Source: Candidatus Omnitrophota bacterium (GTDB lineage Bacteria; Omnitrophota; Omnitrophia; Omnitrophales; Omnitrophaceae). Taken from it: a stretch of 57,118 nt of DNA. A model generated the notes under the pieces. That model had not been told where the DNA came from. It searched no databases and was given only the letters and a program-made list of their open reading frames with translations. Made by a program: the position numbers and the translations under genes. Shown here in pieces: positions 18,679 to 27,160 of the stretch (the first letter of the stretch is position 1; every line of letters begins with the position of its first letter). Location: contig JAKQXH010000080.1 in the NCBI GenBank assembly GCA_029561555.1, positions 1 through 57,118 on the forward strand, in the 5' to 3' direction.

Positions 18679-21126
18679 ATGCGTCTTTTGATCGTAGGCG
18701 GAGTGGCGGGCGGAGCGTCCGCGGCGGCCCGTGCCCGGAGATTATCGGAAAGCGCGGAAATCGTTTTGCTGGAGCGGGGCGAGCATATCTCGTTTGCCAA
18801 TTGCGGGCTTCCTTACCATATCGGCGGCGCCATCCCGGACCGGACGCGCTTGCTGGTTCAAACCCCCGAATCCATGAAAAAACGTTTCCGGATCGATGTG
18901 CGGACCCAAAGCGAGGCCGTTAAAATCAACCGGGAAAAACGGCGGCTGACCGTCCGAAATCTTGTGACCGGAAAGGAAACGGAAGAGCCCTACGACGCCT
19001 TGATTCTCAGCCCCGGGGCGGAACCGATTAAACCTCCCGTTCCCGGCATCGATTCCGCAAAAATCTTCACGCTTCGCAACCTGGCCGATATGGATGCCAT
19101 TCAAAAAGCGCTTGCCTCGGCCGGCCCTCAAAAAGCGGTCGTCGTGGGAGGCGGCTATATCGGCCTGGAAGTGGCCGAGGCCCTGCGCGAACGGAACATC
19201 CCGGCAACGCTGGTTGAATTGACCGGGCAAGTCATGGGACCCATCGATCCCGAAATGGCGACTCCGCTTCACCAGGAACTGGTCTCGCGGGGAGTCGACC
19301 TCAGGCTCGGCGTTTCGGTCAAATCCTTCCGGGAGGAAAAAACTCATCTTGCCGTTGAATTGAGTTCGGGGGAAATTATTCCGTGCGGGTTTGCCGTTCT
19401 CGCCGTCGGGGTTAAACCGGAAATCAAGCTCGCAAAAGAATCCGGTCTTGAAATCGGCGAGCGGGGAGGAATCACGGTTGATGCTTCCCTGCGCACGAGT
19501 GATCCGTATATTTTCGCGGTGGGAGACGCCGTGGAAGTGACCGATTTCGTGGGGGACGTCAAAACCACGATTCCTCTCGCGGGCCCCGCCAACCGTCAGG
19601 GACGGATTGCGGCGGACAATATTTTCGGGCGGAAATCCGTCTACAAAAAAACGCAGGGAACGGCTATTTGCAAAGTATTCGGCCTTGCCGCCGGAATGAC
19701 GGGATTGAACGAAAAAATTTTGAAGCGTCTCGGGACTCCGTACGAGAAAATTTACATTCACGCGGCTTCTCACGCAAGTTACTATCCGGGCGCCTTTCCC
19801 ATCAGCCTGAAACTTATTTTCAGTCCCGAAAACGGGAAAATACTGGGGGCGCAGGCTGTCGGCCGGGACGGAATCGACAAACGCATCGATGTGCTGGCGG
19901 TCGCCCTGAGAGCGGGGCTTACCGTCTACGATCTGGAAGACCTGGAACTTTCCTACGCCCCGCCTTACGGCTCGGCCAAAGATCCGATCAATTACGCGGG
20001 GTTTGTCGCTTCAAACCTTCTGCGGGGGGACGTTTCCGTCTGTCATGCGGAAACGGTAAAAACCCCGGAGGCCCATCAGCTGATTCTGGACGTCCGGACG
20101 GTTGAAGAAACCAAAAGCGGCATGATCCCCGGCGCGGTCAATATCCCCGTCGACACGCTTCGGGATCGCATGAAAGAACTCCCCCGGGACAAGGAAATCC
20201 TCGCGTATTGCAAAGTCGGCCTGCGGGGATATCTCGCCTGCCGCATCCTCGCGCAAAACGGTTTTCGGTGTCGGAATCTTTCCGGAGGCTACACGACCTA
20301 TCAGGCGGCCCTCGGGATTATAAACAGGCCCAAGGAGGCGGAAAAAGAAATGAAAGACGATACGGGTGCTCAGGACATTCGGGAATCCTCGAATCTAAAA
20401 ATCGCCTTGCGAATCGATGCCTGCGGACTTCAATGCCCCGGCCCGATCCTGAGGCTTAAAACCGAGCTCGACAAAATCCGTCCCGGAGAGGCGCTTGAAA
20501 TCTCCTCGACGGACCCCGCCTTCGCAAAAGACGTCGAGGGATGGGTAAAAAGCACGGGAAACCGGCTCGTAAACTTTAAAGCGGAAAACGGGATCTTGAC
20601 CGCCACGGTAGCGAAACAGATAAATGCTCCCGGGCAAAATACCTCTTTCGATTACTCCAAAAAGAAAACGATTATCGTATTCAGTAACGACTTCGACAAA
20701 GCCATCGCCGCGTTTATCATCGCAAACGGCGCTCTTGCGATGGGAAGCGAAGTCACGATGTTTTTCACGTTTTGGGGGCTCAATGTCCTCCGCAGACCCA
20801 ATCCGGTCCTCGTCAAAAAAAACCTGATCGAAAAAATGTTCGGCCGGATGATGCCCCGGGGCGCGGAAAAACTTTCCCTTTCGAAAATGAACATGGGCGG
20901 CATGGGGACCTGGATGATCAAGGGCATTATGAAAAAGAAAAACGTGGCTTCCCTGCCCGAACTCATCGAAACGGCAAAAAAGGCGGGCGTGCGCCTCGTC
21001 GCCTGTACCATGTCCATGGATTTAATGGGCATCAAAAAGGAAGAGCTGGTTGACGGAATCGAAGAGGGCGGAGTCGCGATGTATCTTTCCCACGCCGAGG
21101 GCGGAAACGTCAACTTGTTTATCTAA
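18679..21126 (+). CDS. CoA-disulfide/persulfide reductase fused to rhodanese, TusA/SirA and DsrE2 domains
   Basis: GGVAGG FAD motif, SFANCGLPY redox Cys, GGGYIG NAD motif, SYAPPY; rhodanese YCKVGLRG; TusA DACGLQCPGP; DsrE2 FFTFWG...VACTMSMDLMG. Confidence 0.92.
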   Translation: MRLLIVGGVAGGASAAARARRLSESAEIVLLERGEHISFANCGLPYHIGGAIPDRTRLLVQTPESMKKRFRIDVRTQSEAVKINREKRRLTVRNLVTGKETEEPYDALILSPGAEPIKPPVPGIDSAKIFTLRNLADMDAIQKALASAGPQKAVVVGGGYIGLEVAEALRERNIPATLVELTGQVMGPIDPEMATPLHQELVSRGVDLRLGVSVKSFREEKTHLAVELSSGEIIPCGFAVLAVGVKPEIKLAKESGLEIGERGGITVDASLRTSDPYIFAVGDAVEVTDFVGDVKTTIPLAGPANRQGRIAADNIFGRKSVYKKTQGTAICKVFGLAAGMTGLNEKILKRLGTPYEKIYIHAASHASYYPGAFPISLKLIFSPENGKILGAQAVGRDGIDKRIDVLAVALRAGLTVYDLEDLELSYAPPYGSAKDPINYAGFVASNLLRGDVSVCHAETVKTPEAHQLILDVRTVEETKSGMIPGAVNIPVDTLRDRMKELPRDKEILAYCKVGLRGYLACRILAQNGFRCRNLSGGYTTYQAALGIINRPKEAEKEMKDDTGAQDIRESSNLKIALRIDACGLQCPGPILRLKTELDKIRPGEALEISSTDPAFAKDVEGWVKSTGNRLVNFKAENGILTATVAKQINAPGQNTSFDYSKKKTIIVFSNDFDKAIAAFIIANGALAMGSEVTMFFTFWGLNVLRRPNPVLVKKNLIEKMFGRMMPRGAEKLSLSKMNMGGMGTWMIKGIMKKKNVASLPELIETAKKAGVRLVACTMSMDLMGIKKEELVDGIEEGGVAMYLSHAEGGNVNLFI

Positions 21127-21481
21127 ATGAGACCGGAACTTACGGAGTCCCGCAGGGACGACGTCAAGTTCCCCGGTCGAATTTACTCCAGGAGCCTCCG
21201 GCCCAGGAGGCGACGTGGAGTTACCTAAATGAGCACAGAACTTACGCGACTCAAGGGAGCGTCAAGTTCTCCGTGCGAATTTATCCCGGGAGGCCCCGGC
21301 CCAGGGGCCGACGTGGGATTCTTCCAATGAGACCGGAGTGCCGGAGTTATGAAACTCCGGCCGGGGGCCCATCCAGTTTTGACTCGCCGTCCGTTACCAA
21401 TGAATCGCCGATTCGTTTTAGCTCCGGAGGCGAATTAATCCCCCGCTTTTTTGCGGATTCTGAGGCGAAGGAGCTAAAGCG
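21124..21481 (+). repeat. Tandem degenerate ~100-bp structured repeats plus further hairpins
   Basis: Units 21124-21225 and 21226-21324 share TAAATGAG...GAACTTACG...CGTCAAGTTC...CGAATTTA...GGCCCAGG...GACGTGG with compensatory stem changes. A third partial unit starts near 21325, and an additional hairpin spans 21414-21481. Confidence 0.85.
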
Positions 21482-21532
21482 AATTTTCAGTAAAGCGGTC
21501 TCCGGAAGATTTTTTCATTACAAGCTGAGAGC

Positions 21533-22735
21533 TCACCCGGCCGCGGCAGCCCCCGCCGTCCAACCCGATGCCCAGGCCCAAGCCAGATTGTAGCCGCCTC
21601 GACGCCCCTGGACGTTCAGGATTTCTCCCGCGAGGTAAAGCCCTTTCCGCCGTTTTGATTCAAGCGTCTCCGCTACGACTTCATCCGTATCGATTCCTCC
21701 GGCGGTAAATTCGGCCTCATTCCATCCCCTTGTCCCGACAATTTTAAATCGCCGGTTCTTGAGAAAATTCGCGAGCCCCGGTACGTCAAGCTCCCGAAGC
21801 TCCCGCTCCAGGGCCGCGGAAAATTTCCCCGGCAAAATCCCCGTCACCAAATCCTTTTTCTCGAATCCCCGGCGCAGTCTTCCGGATAATTCATCCCGCA
21901 ATTCGTTTTCTTCCATAAAAGGGATTAAATCAACGGAAACGAAAATGTCCTTCTCCCCGTTCCGGTGTATGGCGATCGAAAGCTCTTCACTTACGTCAAG
22001 GATGGCGGTCCCGGAAAGCCCGTACTTTGTGAACAAAACCTCCCCCGAGGCCTTCCCGGTCTCCCGTCCCCCGGCAAATCCGTAAACCGCCGCCCGGATC
22101 TTCTGTCCCTGAAGGGTGTGGCACCAAGAATCCTTTGCCAACAACGGAACCGTGCTCGGAACGGGTTCAATGATCCGATGGCCGAAATGCCGGGCCAATA
22201 AATAACCGCTCCCGTCGGCGCCCAGGGCCGGATAGGATTTTCCCCCGCCGCAAAGGACTGCTTTCCGGCACGGAAAAACCTCCCGGAGCTTTGTCCTCAA
22301 AACAAACCCGTCGCCCGAAGCCGATAAGCCGCCGATATCACAGTGAAATTTGCAAGAAATCCGAAGGCGCTTAATTTCCATCTCGAGCACGCTTACGACG
22401 GATGAGGCCTGATTGCTCGCGGGAAAAATGCGGCCGTTATCCGAATGCCCGACAAGCCCGAGTTCCCTGAAAAACCGTTCGATTGAGCTTTGGCCGAACC
22501 GTTCAAAAACCGATTTCACCAGCGCACGGCTTTCCGGGTTGTAAAATGCGGGATCCAGTCTCTCGTTCGATAAATTGCAGCGCCCGGCGCCGGAAGCCAG
22601 AATTTTCTTTCCCAAACGGGGCATTTTCTCGCAAAGAACCACCCTTGCGCCTTTTCGCGCGGAACAGATAGCCGCAACGATTCCCGCCGCACCTCCCCCG
22701 ATTACCGCAATATCATACTGTTCCATAGGTTGCAT
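21533..22735 (-). CDS. HI0933/YhiN/BaiN family flavoprotein
   Basis: GGGAAG, GKKILASGAGRCNLSN, GEVLFTKYGLSG, AEFTAGG, GEILNVQGRRGGYNLAWAWASG. Confidence 0.93.
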   Translation of the reverse strand: MQPMEQYDIAVIGGGAAGIVAAICSARKGARVVLCEKMPRLGKKILASGAGRCNLSNERLDPAFYNPESRALVKSVFERFGQSSIERFFRELGLVGHSDNGRIFPASNQASSVVSVLEMEIKRLRISCKFHCDIGGLSASGDGFVLRTKLREVFPCRKAVLCGGGKSYPALGADGSGYLLARHFGHRIIEPVPSTVPLLAKDSWCHTLQGQKIRAAVYGFAGGRETGKASGEVLFTKYGLSGTAILDVSEELSIAIHRNGEKDIFVSVDLIPFMEENELRDELSGRLRRGFEKKDLVTGILPGKFSAALERELRELDVPGLANFLKNRRFKIVGTRGWNEAEFTAGGIDTDEVVAETLESKRRKGLYLAGEILNVQGRRGGYNLAWAWASGWTAGAAAAG

Positions 22736-22840
22736 CCTTTTTACTTCCTGGTGTCTATTCTAAAAAAATACCTTTCTTATTGCCATTGTTTTATTTACGC
22801 TTTCGTGCCGGAGGAAACCGGAGCAACTATTTCGTATTTC

Positions 22841-22869
22841 CTGGCAAAAGCGGGAATATATGCTAAAAT
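22841..22869 (+). promoter_or_regulatory. Putative extended -10 promoter of the ETF:QO-etfBA operon
   Basis: CTGGCA-17 nt-TAAAAT with TG immediately 5' of the -10 spacer position. Confidence 0.45.
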
Positions 22870-22909
22870 GTCCGCTCAATTCTTTCGTTACAATCAACGG
22901 GGATCCGGA

Positions 22910-24598
22910 ATGGAACGTGAAGTCATCGAAACGGATGTTTTAATCGTCGGCGGCGGCCCTGCGGGGCTTTCCGCCGCTATTCACCTCTCGGACTTGATCC
23001 GGACGCACAATGAAAAAGTGCAAAAAGGCGAAATCAAAGAGGCTTCGCTTGCGTTCAATGTCCTGCTGATCGAGAAAGGGTCTTCGTTCGGAAGCCATTC
23101 CATTTCCGGCGCCGTCATCAATCCGAAAACCCTGAAAGAACTCCTGCCCGACATCCCGGAAAAAGAAATGCCCTTTGATTCTCCCGTCACGCACAGCGAT
23201 CTTTTTCTCCTTGCCGGGAAACAATCTTTCAAGCTTCCCTTTCACCCCCCCTACATGGACAATCGCGGCTATTATGTCGCCAGTCTCGGGAAAATCACGC
23301 GCTGGCTGGCCGGAATTGCCGAAAAAAAAGGGGCCCAGATCTTCCCGGGCTTTACCGGTCATGAACCGATTTATCAGAAAGGATGCGTCGCCGGCATTCA
23401 AACGGGTGATTCCGGAATCGACCTCCACGGGAAAAAGAAAGAAAACTACCAGCCGGGAACGGCCGTTTATTCCAAGCTGACTATTCTTGCCGAAGGTGCG
23501 CGCGGGCATCTTACCAAGCAGATCGTTCAGAAACTGGGGCTTGACCGGAATCGTAATCCTCAAATTTACTCGGCGGGCGTTAAGGAGCTTTGGGAAGTTC
23601 CGCCCGGGACGCTGGAGCCGGGGCGCGTTATTCATACCATGGGATATCCCTTGGGATTCGATCAGTTCGGCGGCGGTTTCATTTACGGGCTTTCCGGTAA
23701 TCTCGTCGCCCTGGGGCTGGTGGTCGGCCTTGATTATAAAGATCCGACCTTTGACCCTCATCGCGCGTTTCAAACGTACAAACAGCATCCGTTCGTGACA
23801 AAATTCCTCGAGAAGGGAAAAATGCTCCGCTATGGCGCAAAAGCCCTTCCGGAAGGCGGTCTTTTTTCGATGCCGCAATTCTACCACGACGGCCTGATGA
23901 TCGTGGGCGACAGCGCGTCATTCCTGAGCATGCCGAGCTTGAAAGGCATTCATTTGGGAATCGAATCCGGCATGCTCGCGGCAAAAACCGCGTTTGAGGC
24001 TTTGCGAAAGGGCGATTACTCAAAAAACCAGCTTGCGCTTTACGAAACCCTTTTCAAAAAAAGCTCCGCTTACAAGGATCTCCGGCCGGTCCGAAATTTC
24101 CGCCAGGGGTTCAAGCGAAACCTTTTCTTCGGGGCCGTTCATTTCGCCGCTCAGTTGATAACCGGCGGATGGGGCCTTTCGCCGGCCGGACGCCTCAAAA
24201 TCGGGGAAGACTGCCGGCATTTAAGAAAACTTTCCCCGAAAAAGCGGGAGGCCGTTAGAAATCTCCCGGATTTCGACAAAAAACTAACGTTCGACAAGGC
24301 AACCGACGTTTTCTTCTCCGGGACTCAGCATGACGAAGATCAGCCGTGCCATTTGATCGTGCCGGACCCGGATCTCTGCCGGAACGTCTGCATCCCGACT
24401 CACGGAGGACCGTGCCAGTATTTCTGCCCGGCGGAAGTTTATGAAATCGTAACGGATCCCAAGACAGGGAAAAAAGATTTGCACCTTCACCCGACCAATT
24501 GCGTGCATTGCAAGACCTGCGACATCAAGGATCCTTTCAAGAATATCACCTGGGTCACTCCCTGCGGGGGAGACGGTCCGGAATATGAAATCTTATAA
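22910..24598 (+). CDS. Electron transfer flavoprotein-quinone oxidoreductase (FAD plus C-terminal 4Fe-4S)
   Basis: DVLIVGGGPAGLSAA, SHSISGA, GVKELWEV, YGAKALPEGG, KGIHLGIESG, CQYFCPAEVY...NCVHCKTCDIKDP. Start set at ATG 22910. Confidence 0.93.
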   Translation: MEREVIETDVLIVGGGPAGLSAAIHLSDLIRTHNEKVQKGEIKEASLAFNVLLIEKGSSFGSHSISGAVINPKTLKELLPDIPEKEMPFDSPVTHSDLFLLAGKQSFKLPFHPPYMDNRGYYVASLGKITRWLAGIAEKKGAQIFPGFTGHEPIYQKGCVAGIQTGDSGIDLHGKKKENYQPGTAVYSKLTILAEGARGHLTKQIVQKLGLDRNRNPQIYSAGVKELWEVPPGTLEPGRVIHTMGYPLGFDQFGGGFIYGLSGNLVALGLVVGLDYKDPTFDPHRAFQTYKQHPFVTKFLEKGKMLRYGAKALPEGGLFSMPQFYHDGLMIVGDSASFLSMPSLKGIHLGIESGMLAAKTAFEALRKGDYSKNQLALYETLFKKSSAYKDLRPVRNFRQGFKRNLFFGAVHFAAQLITGGWGLSPAGRLKIGEDCRHLRKLSPKKREAVRNLPDFDKKLTFDKATDVFFSGTQHDEDQPCHLIVPDPDLCRNVCIPTHGGPCQYFCPAEVYEIVTDPKTGKKDLHLHPTNCVHCKTCDIKDPFKNITWVTPCGGDGPEYEIL

Positions 24599-24613
24599 TC
24601 GCGGAAACCTTTT

Positions 24614-26578
24614 ATGAGCCTGAAAATCATCGCGTTAATGAAGCAGGTGCCGCTCCCGACCGAGATGCGGATGGGGGCCGACGGGTTAATGGACCGCACG
24701 ACGGCCAAATCGAGAATCAACATTGACTGCGCCTTCGGCCTCGAAGAGGGCCTTCAGATCAAGAGCCGGGTAAAAGACGCGGAGTTGTTCGTTATTTCGA
24801 TGGGGCCCCCGAGTTTCGAGCAATCCCTGCGCAAAGCGTTGGCCATGGGATATGACCGGGCCATTCTTCTTTCCGACCGGAAACTGGGAGGATCGGACAC
24901 TTATTCGACGGGACTCGCAATTGCGATGCTTCTTAAAAAATTGGGCTTCAGCGCCGAAAGCAAAGAGCCCTTTATTGTTTTTTCGGGCCGGCAGACCAGC
25001 GACGGGGACACGGCCCATGTCCCGTCCCAAGTCGCGGAAAACCTGAAAATCCCGCAGGCAACGTTTATCGAGAAAGTGGATTGGAAAGGCGACAGTCTCG
25101 TCGTCCGCCGGATCATTGAAGGCGGGCATCAGTCCTTAAAACTCCCGATCCCCTGCCTGATTTCCGTCGCGCCCACGGCGATTCCGCCGAGACGGCCCAC
25201 GCTAAAAGGCGCCATCAAGGCGAAAGACGCGAAAATCGAAATCTGGTCGCTGGATCAGGTCGGCTTGGGCCCCGAACACGTCGGACTGACGGGATCCCCC
25301 ACCATTGTGGCAAAAGTCGTGAACATTGAACGGGACCGGCCTCCGATCCGGATGATTCCGGGAACGACGCCTGAAGCTCTTGCCTCAAATTTAATCTCTG
25401 AAACGGGGGATATCTCTTCGGGAGAAACTTTCCATAAAAAAGATTCTGCGGATTCCAAAAAAGACTCCGCGTCAGCGGGAAGCGCGCCAAAGCCCGAATT
25501 CCCGAGAATCGATTTCCGGCAAGGCGCACGGGGCATTCTCGCCTGGATCGAAATGCACGGAAAAATACCCGCGCGGTCTTCCCTTGAAATTTTAAATCCT
25601 GCCCGGAAACTGGCGGATCAGCTTTCCACCAAAGTCACGGCTCTGATGATCGGGGACGATATCGGTTCGGCGGCTCCGGAAATTATCGCGCACGGCGCGG
25701 ATGAAGTGGTCATCGTCAATGACAGGCGCCTCGCGGAATACGCGATTCTCCCCTTTACCTCCGTTTTCGCTCAAGTCATCGAAAACGAACGCCCCGAAAT
25801 CGCCCTTTTCGGCGCCACCACTTCCGGGCGCGAGCTGGCGCCCCGTATCGCAAGCCGCGTGAAAGCCGGCGTTACCGCGGACTGCACGAGTCTTGAGGTC
25901 GGCGAATTCGTGCATCGCGCCAAAAAAAGCATCATGTACCCCTGCCTGGAATCCATCCGCCCGACTTACGGCGAAAGCAAGCTGGCCACTATTGTGGGAT
26001 TCTGGTGCCCGCAGATGGCAACGGCCCGGCCGGGGACGTTTGAAAAACTCGTCCCGGATCCCGCCCGAAAAGGCAAAATAATCGAAATCGTTCCCAAATT
26101 GAACGAAGGAGATTTTAAAACCGAAATCCTGGAAACGGTACGGGTCGAAACCGGAGGACAGAATCTTTTCGCCGCCGACATCATCGTGTCCGGAGGGCGT
26201 CCCTGCGGAGAATTGGACGAATTCAAACTCATCAAAGAATTGGTCGAAGCCCTGCGGGAAAAAGGAATCAACGCCGATTGGGGAGCAAGCCGCCGGGCCG
26301 TCGACGGGGATTTCGCGCCTTATGCCCGGCAAATCGGGCAAACGGGAAAAACCGTTCGTCCTAAAATTTATATTGCGGTCGCCATTTCGGGCGCGATTCA
26401 GCATATCGCCGGCATCAAGGAATCCGGGAAAATCATCGCGATCAATAAAGACCCTCAGGCAAACATCTTCCGTCACGCGGATTACGGGATTGCCCGGGAT
26501 TATCTTGAATTTCTTCCTGAACTGATCAAAAAAGTTAAAGCCGGTTTTATTTTCGGACTAACCGCCGGGAAAAAATAA
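24614..26578 (+). CDS. etfBA: Fused electron transfer flavoprotein beta-alpha subunits
   Basis: N-terminal EtfB (MKQVP, GSDTYSTG, GRQTSDGDTAHVP) joined by a Ser/Asp/Lys linker to EtfA (GRELAPRIA, GVTADCT, GASRRAVD, QIGQTGKTVRP, ISGAIQHIAG) in one ORF with no internal stop. Confidence 0.9.
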   Translation: MSLKIIALMKQVPLPTEMRMGADGLMDRTTAKSRINIDCAFGLEEGLQIKSRVKDAELFVISMGPPSFEQSLRKALAMGYDRAILLSDRKLGGSDTYSTGLAIAMLLKKLGFSAESKEPFIVFSGRQTSDGDTAHVPSQVAENLKIPQATFIEKVDWKGDSLVVRRIIEGGHQSLKLPIPCLISVAPTAIPPRRPTLKGAIKAKDAKIEIWSLDQVGLGPEHVGLTGSPTIVAKVVNIERDRPPIRMIPGTTPEALASNLISETGDISSGETFHKKDSADSKKDSASAGSAPKPEFPRIDFRQGARGILAWIEMHGKIPARSSLEILNPARKLADQLSTKVTALMIGDDIGSAAPEIIAHGADEVVIVNDRRLAEYAILPFTSVFAQVIENERPEIALFGATTSGRELAPRIASRVKAGVTADCTSLEVGEFVHRAKKSIMYPCLESIRPTYGESKLATIVGFWCPQMATARPGTFEKLVPDPARKGKIIEIVPKLNEGDFKTEILETVRVETGGQNLFAADIIVSGGRPCGELDEFKLIKELVEALREKGINADWGASRRAVDGDFAPYARQIGQTGKTVRPKIYIAVAISGAIQHIAGIKESGKIIAINKDPQANIFRHADYGIARDYLEFLPELIKKVKAGFIFGLTAGKK

Positions 26579-26629
26579 TCTTTCGCGGAAAAAGGGGTCT
26601 AACATTCCCGGCCTCTCCGGCAGAAAGGA

Positions 26630-27091
26630 ATGATGTCCATGCGCCTCCTCTTCAAATGCCTGCTTGCTTTATCATTTCTCGGCTTGCTTGCGGCTCCGGG
26701 CTTTACGGAAGAAAATCCCGCCGAATCCCCCTATCTGAAAGTAATTGTTTGTAACGCGAGCGGTTCCGAAAAAATCGCCGGCGCGGAAGTCGTGATTCAG
26801 GACATTTCCGATTTCGGTGAACCCGGCCCGGAAAATATGCTCAGCACGGATTCGAACGGACTGGCCGCTTTCGGGAAACGGGCTTTTGACGGATTTTTCA
26901 TGGAATCGGCGGACGGCGGGGAGAAAATTCCTTTCGACGCGGAGGCCGAAAATTCCTCTCTCCGCGGGAGTTTTAAAATCCGGGTTACCGTCCGGTCAGA
27001 GGGGCTCGTTTCGCAATCTTCGGATATTACCGTTCCGCTGGGCGGCCCGATGGAATTCACCGTCCAGCTCGGTTCCGACGAAGGCTCCTGA
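26630..27091 (+). CDS. Hypothetical secreted protein (possible beta-sandwich)
   Basis: Signal-peptide-like N-terminus (LLALSFLGLLAAPGF); IAGAEVVI and TDSNGLA carboxypeptidase-regulatory-like pattern; AGAAAGGA RBS. Confidence 0.6.
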   Translation: MMSMRLLFKCLLALSFLGLLAAPGFTEENPAESPYLKVIVCNASGSEKIAGAEVVIQDISDFGEPGPENMLSTDSNGLAAFGKRAFDGFFMESADGGEKIPFDAEAENSSLRGSFKIRVTVRSEGLVSQSSDITVPLGGPMEFTVQLGSDEGS

Positions 27092-27135
27092 AAAAAACAA
27101 AAAGGGCCGCCGGTTTTTGACCGATGGCCCTTTCC
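27091..27135 (-). terminator. Intrinsic terminator of the giant gene, probably bidirectional
   Basis: AAAGGGCC...CGGT-loop-ACCG...GGCCCTTT hairpin (27101-27133). On the minus strand it is followed by TTTTTGTTTTTTT, about 28 nt after the giant-gene stop, between convergent genes. Confidence 0.8.
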
Positions 27136-27160
27136 AAAAATCCCCCTGCCTCGTTTGAAA

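Noticed and set aside
21124-21183. Hammerhead ribozyme (...AUGAG-stem-CGAA...)
   Set aside because: The core CUGANGA is absent (CUAAAUGA), GAAA is GAAU, and the flanks pair as TAAAT/ATTTA around a tandem G.A instead of forming the three-way junction.
21273-21593. 106-aa ORF across the structured intergenic repeat
   Set aside because: GTG start, no RBS, Pro/Arg-rich, overlaps the HI0933 gene, and the sequence conservation there follows base pairing rather than codons.
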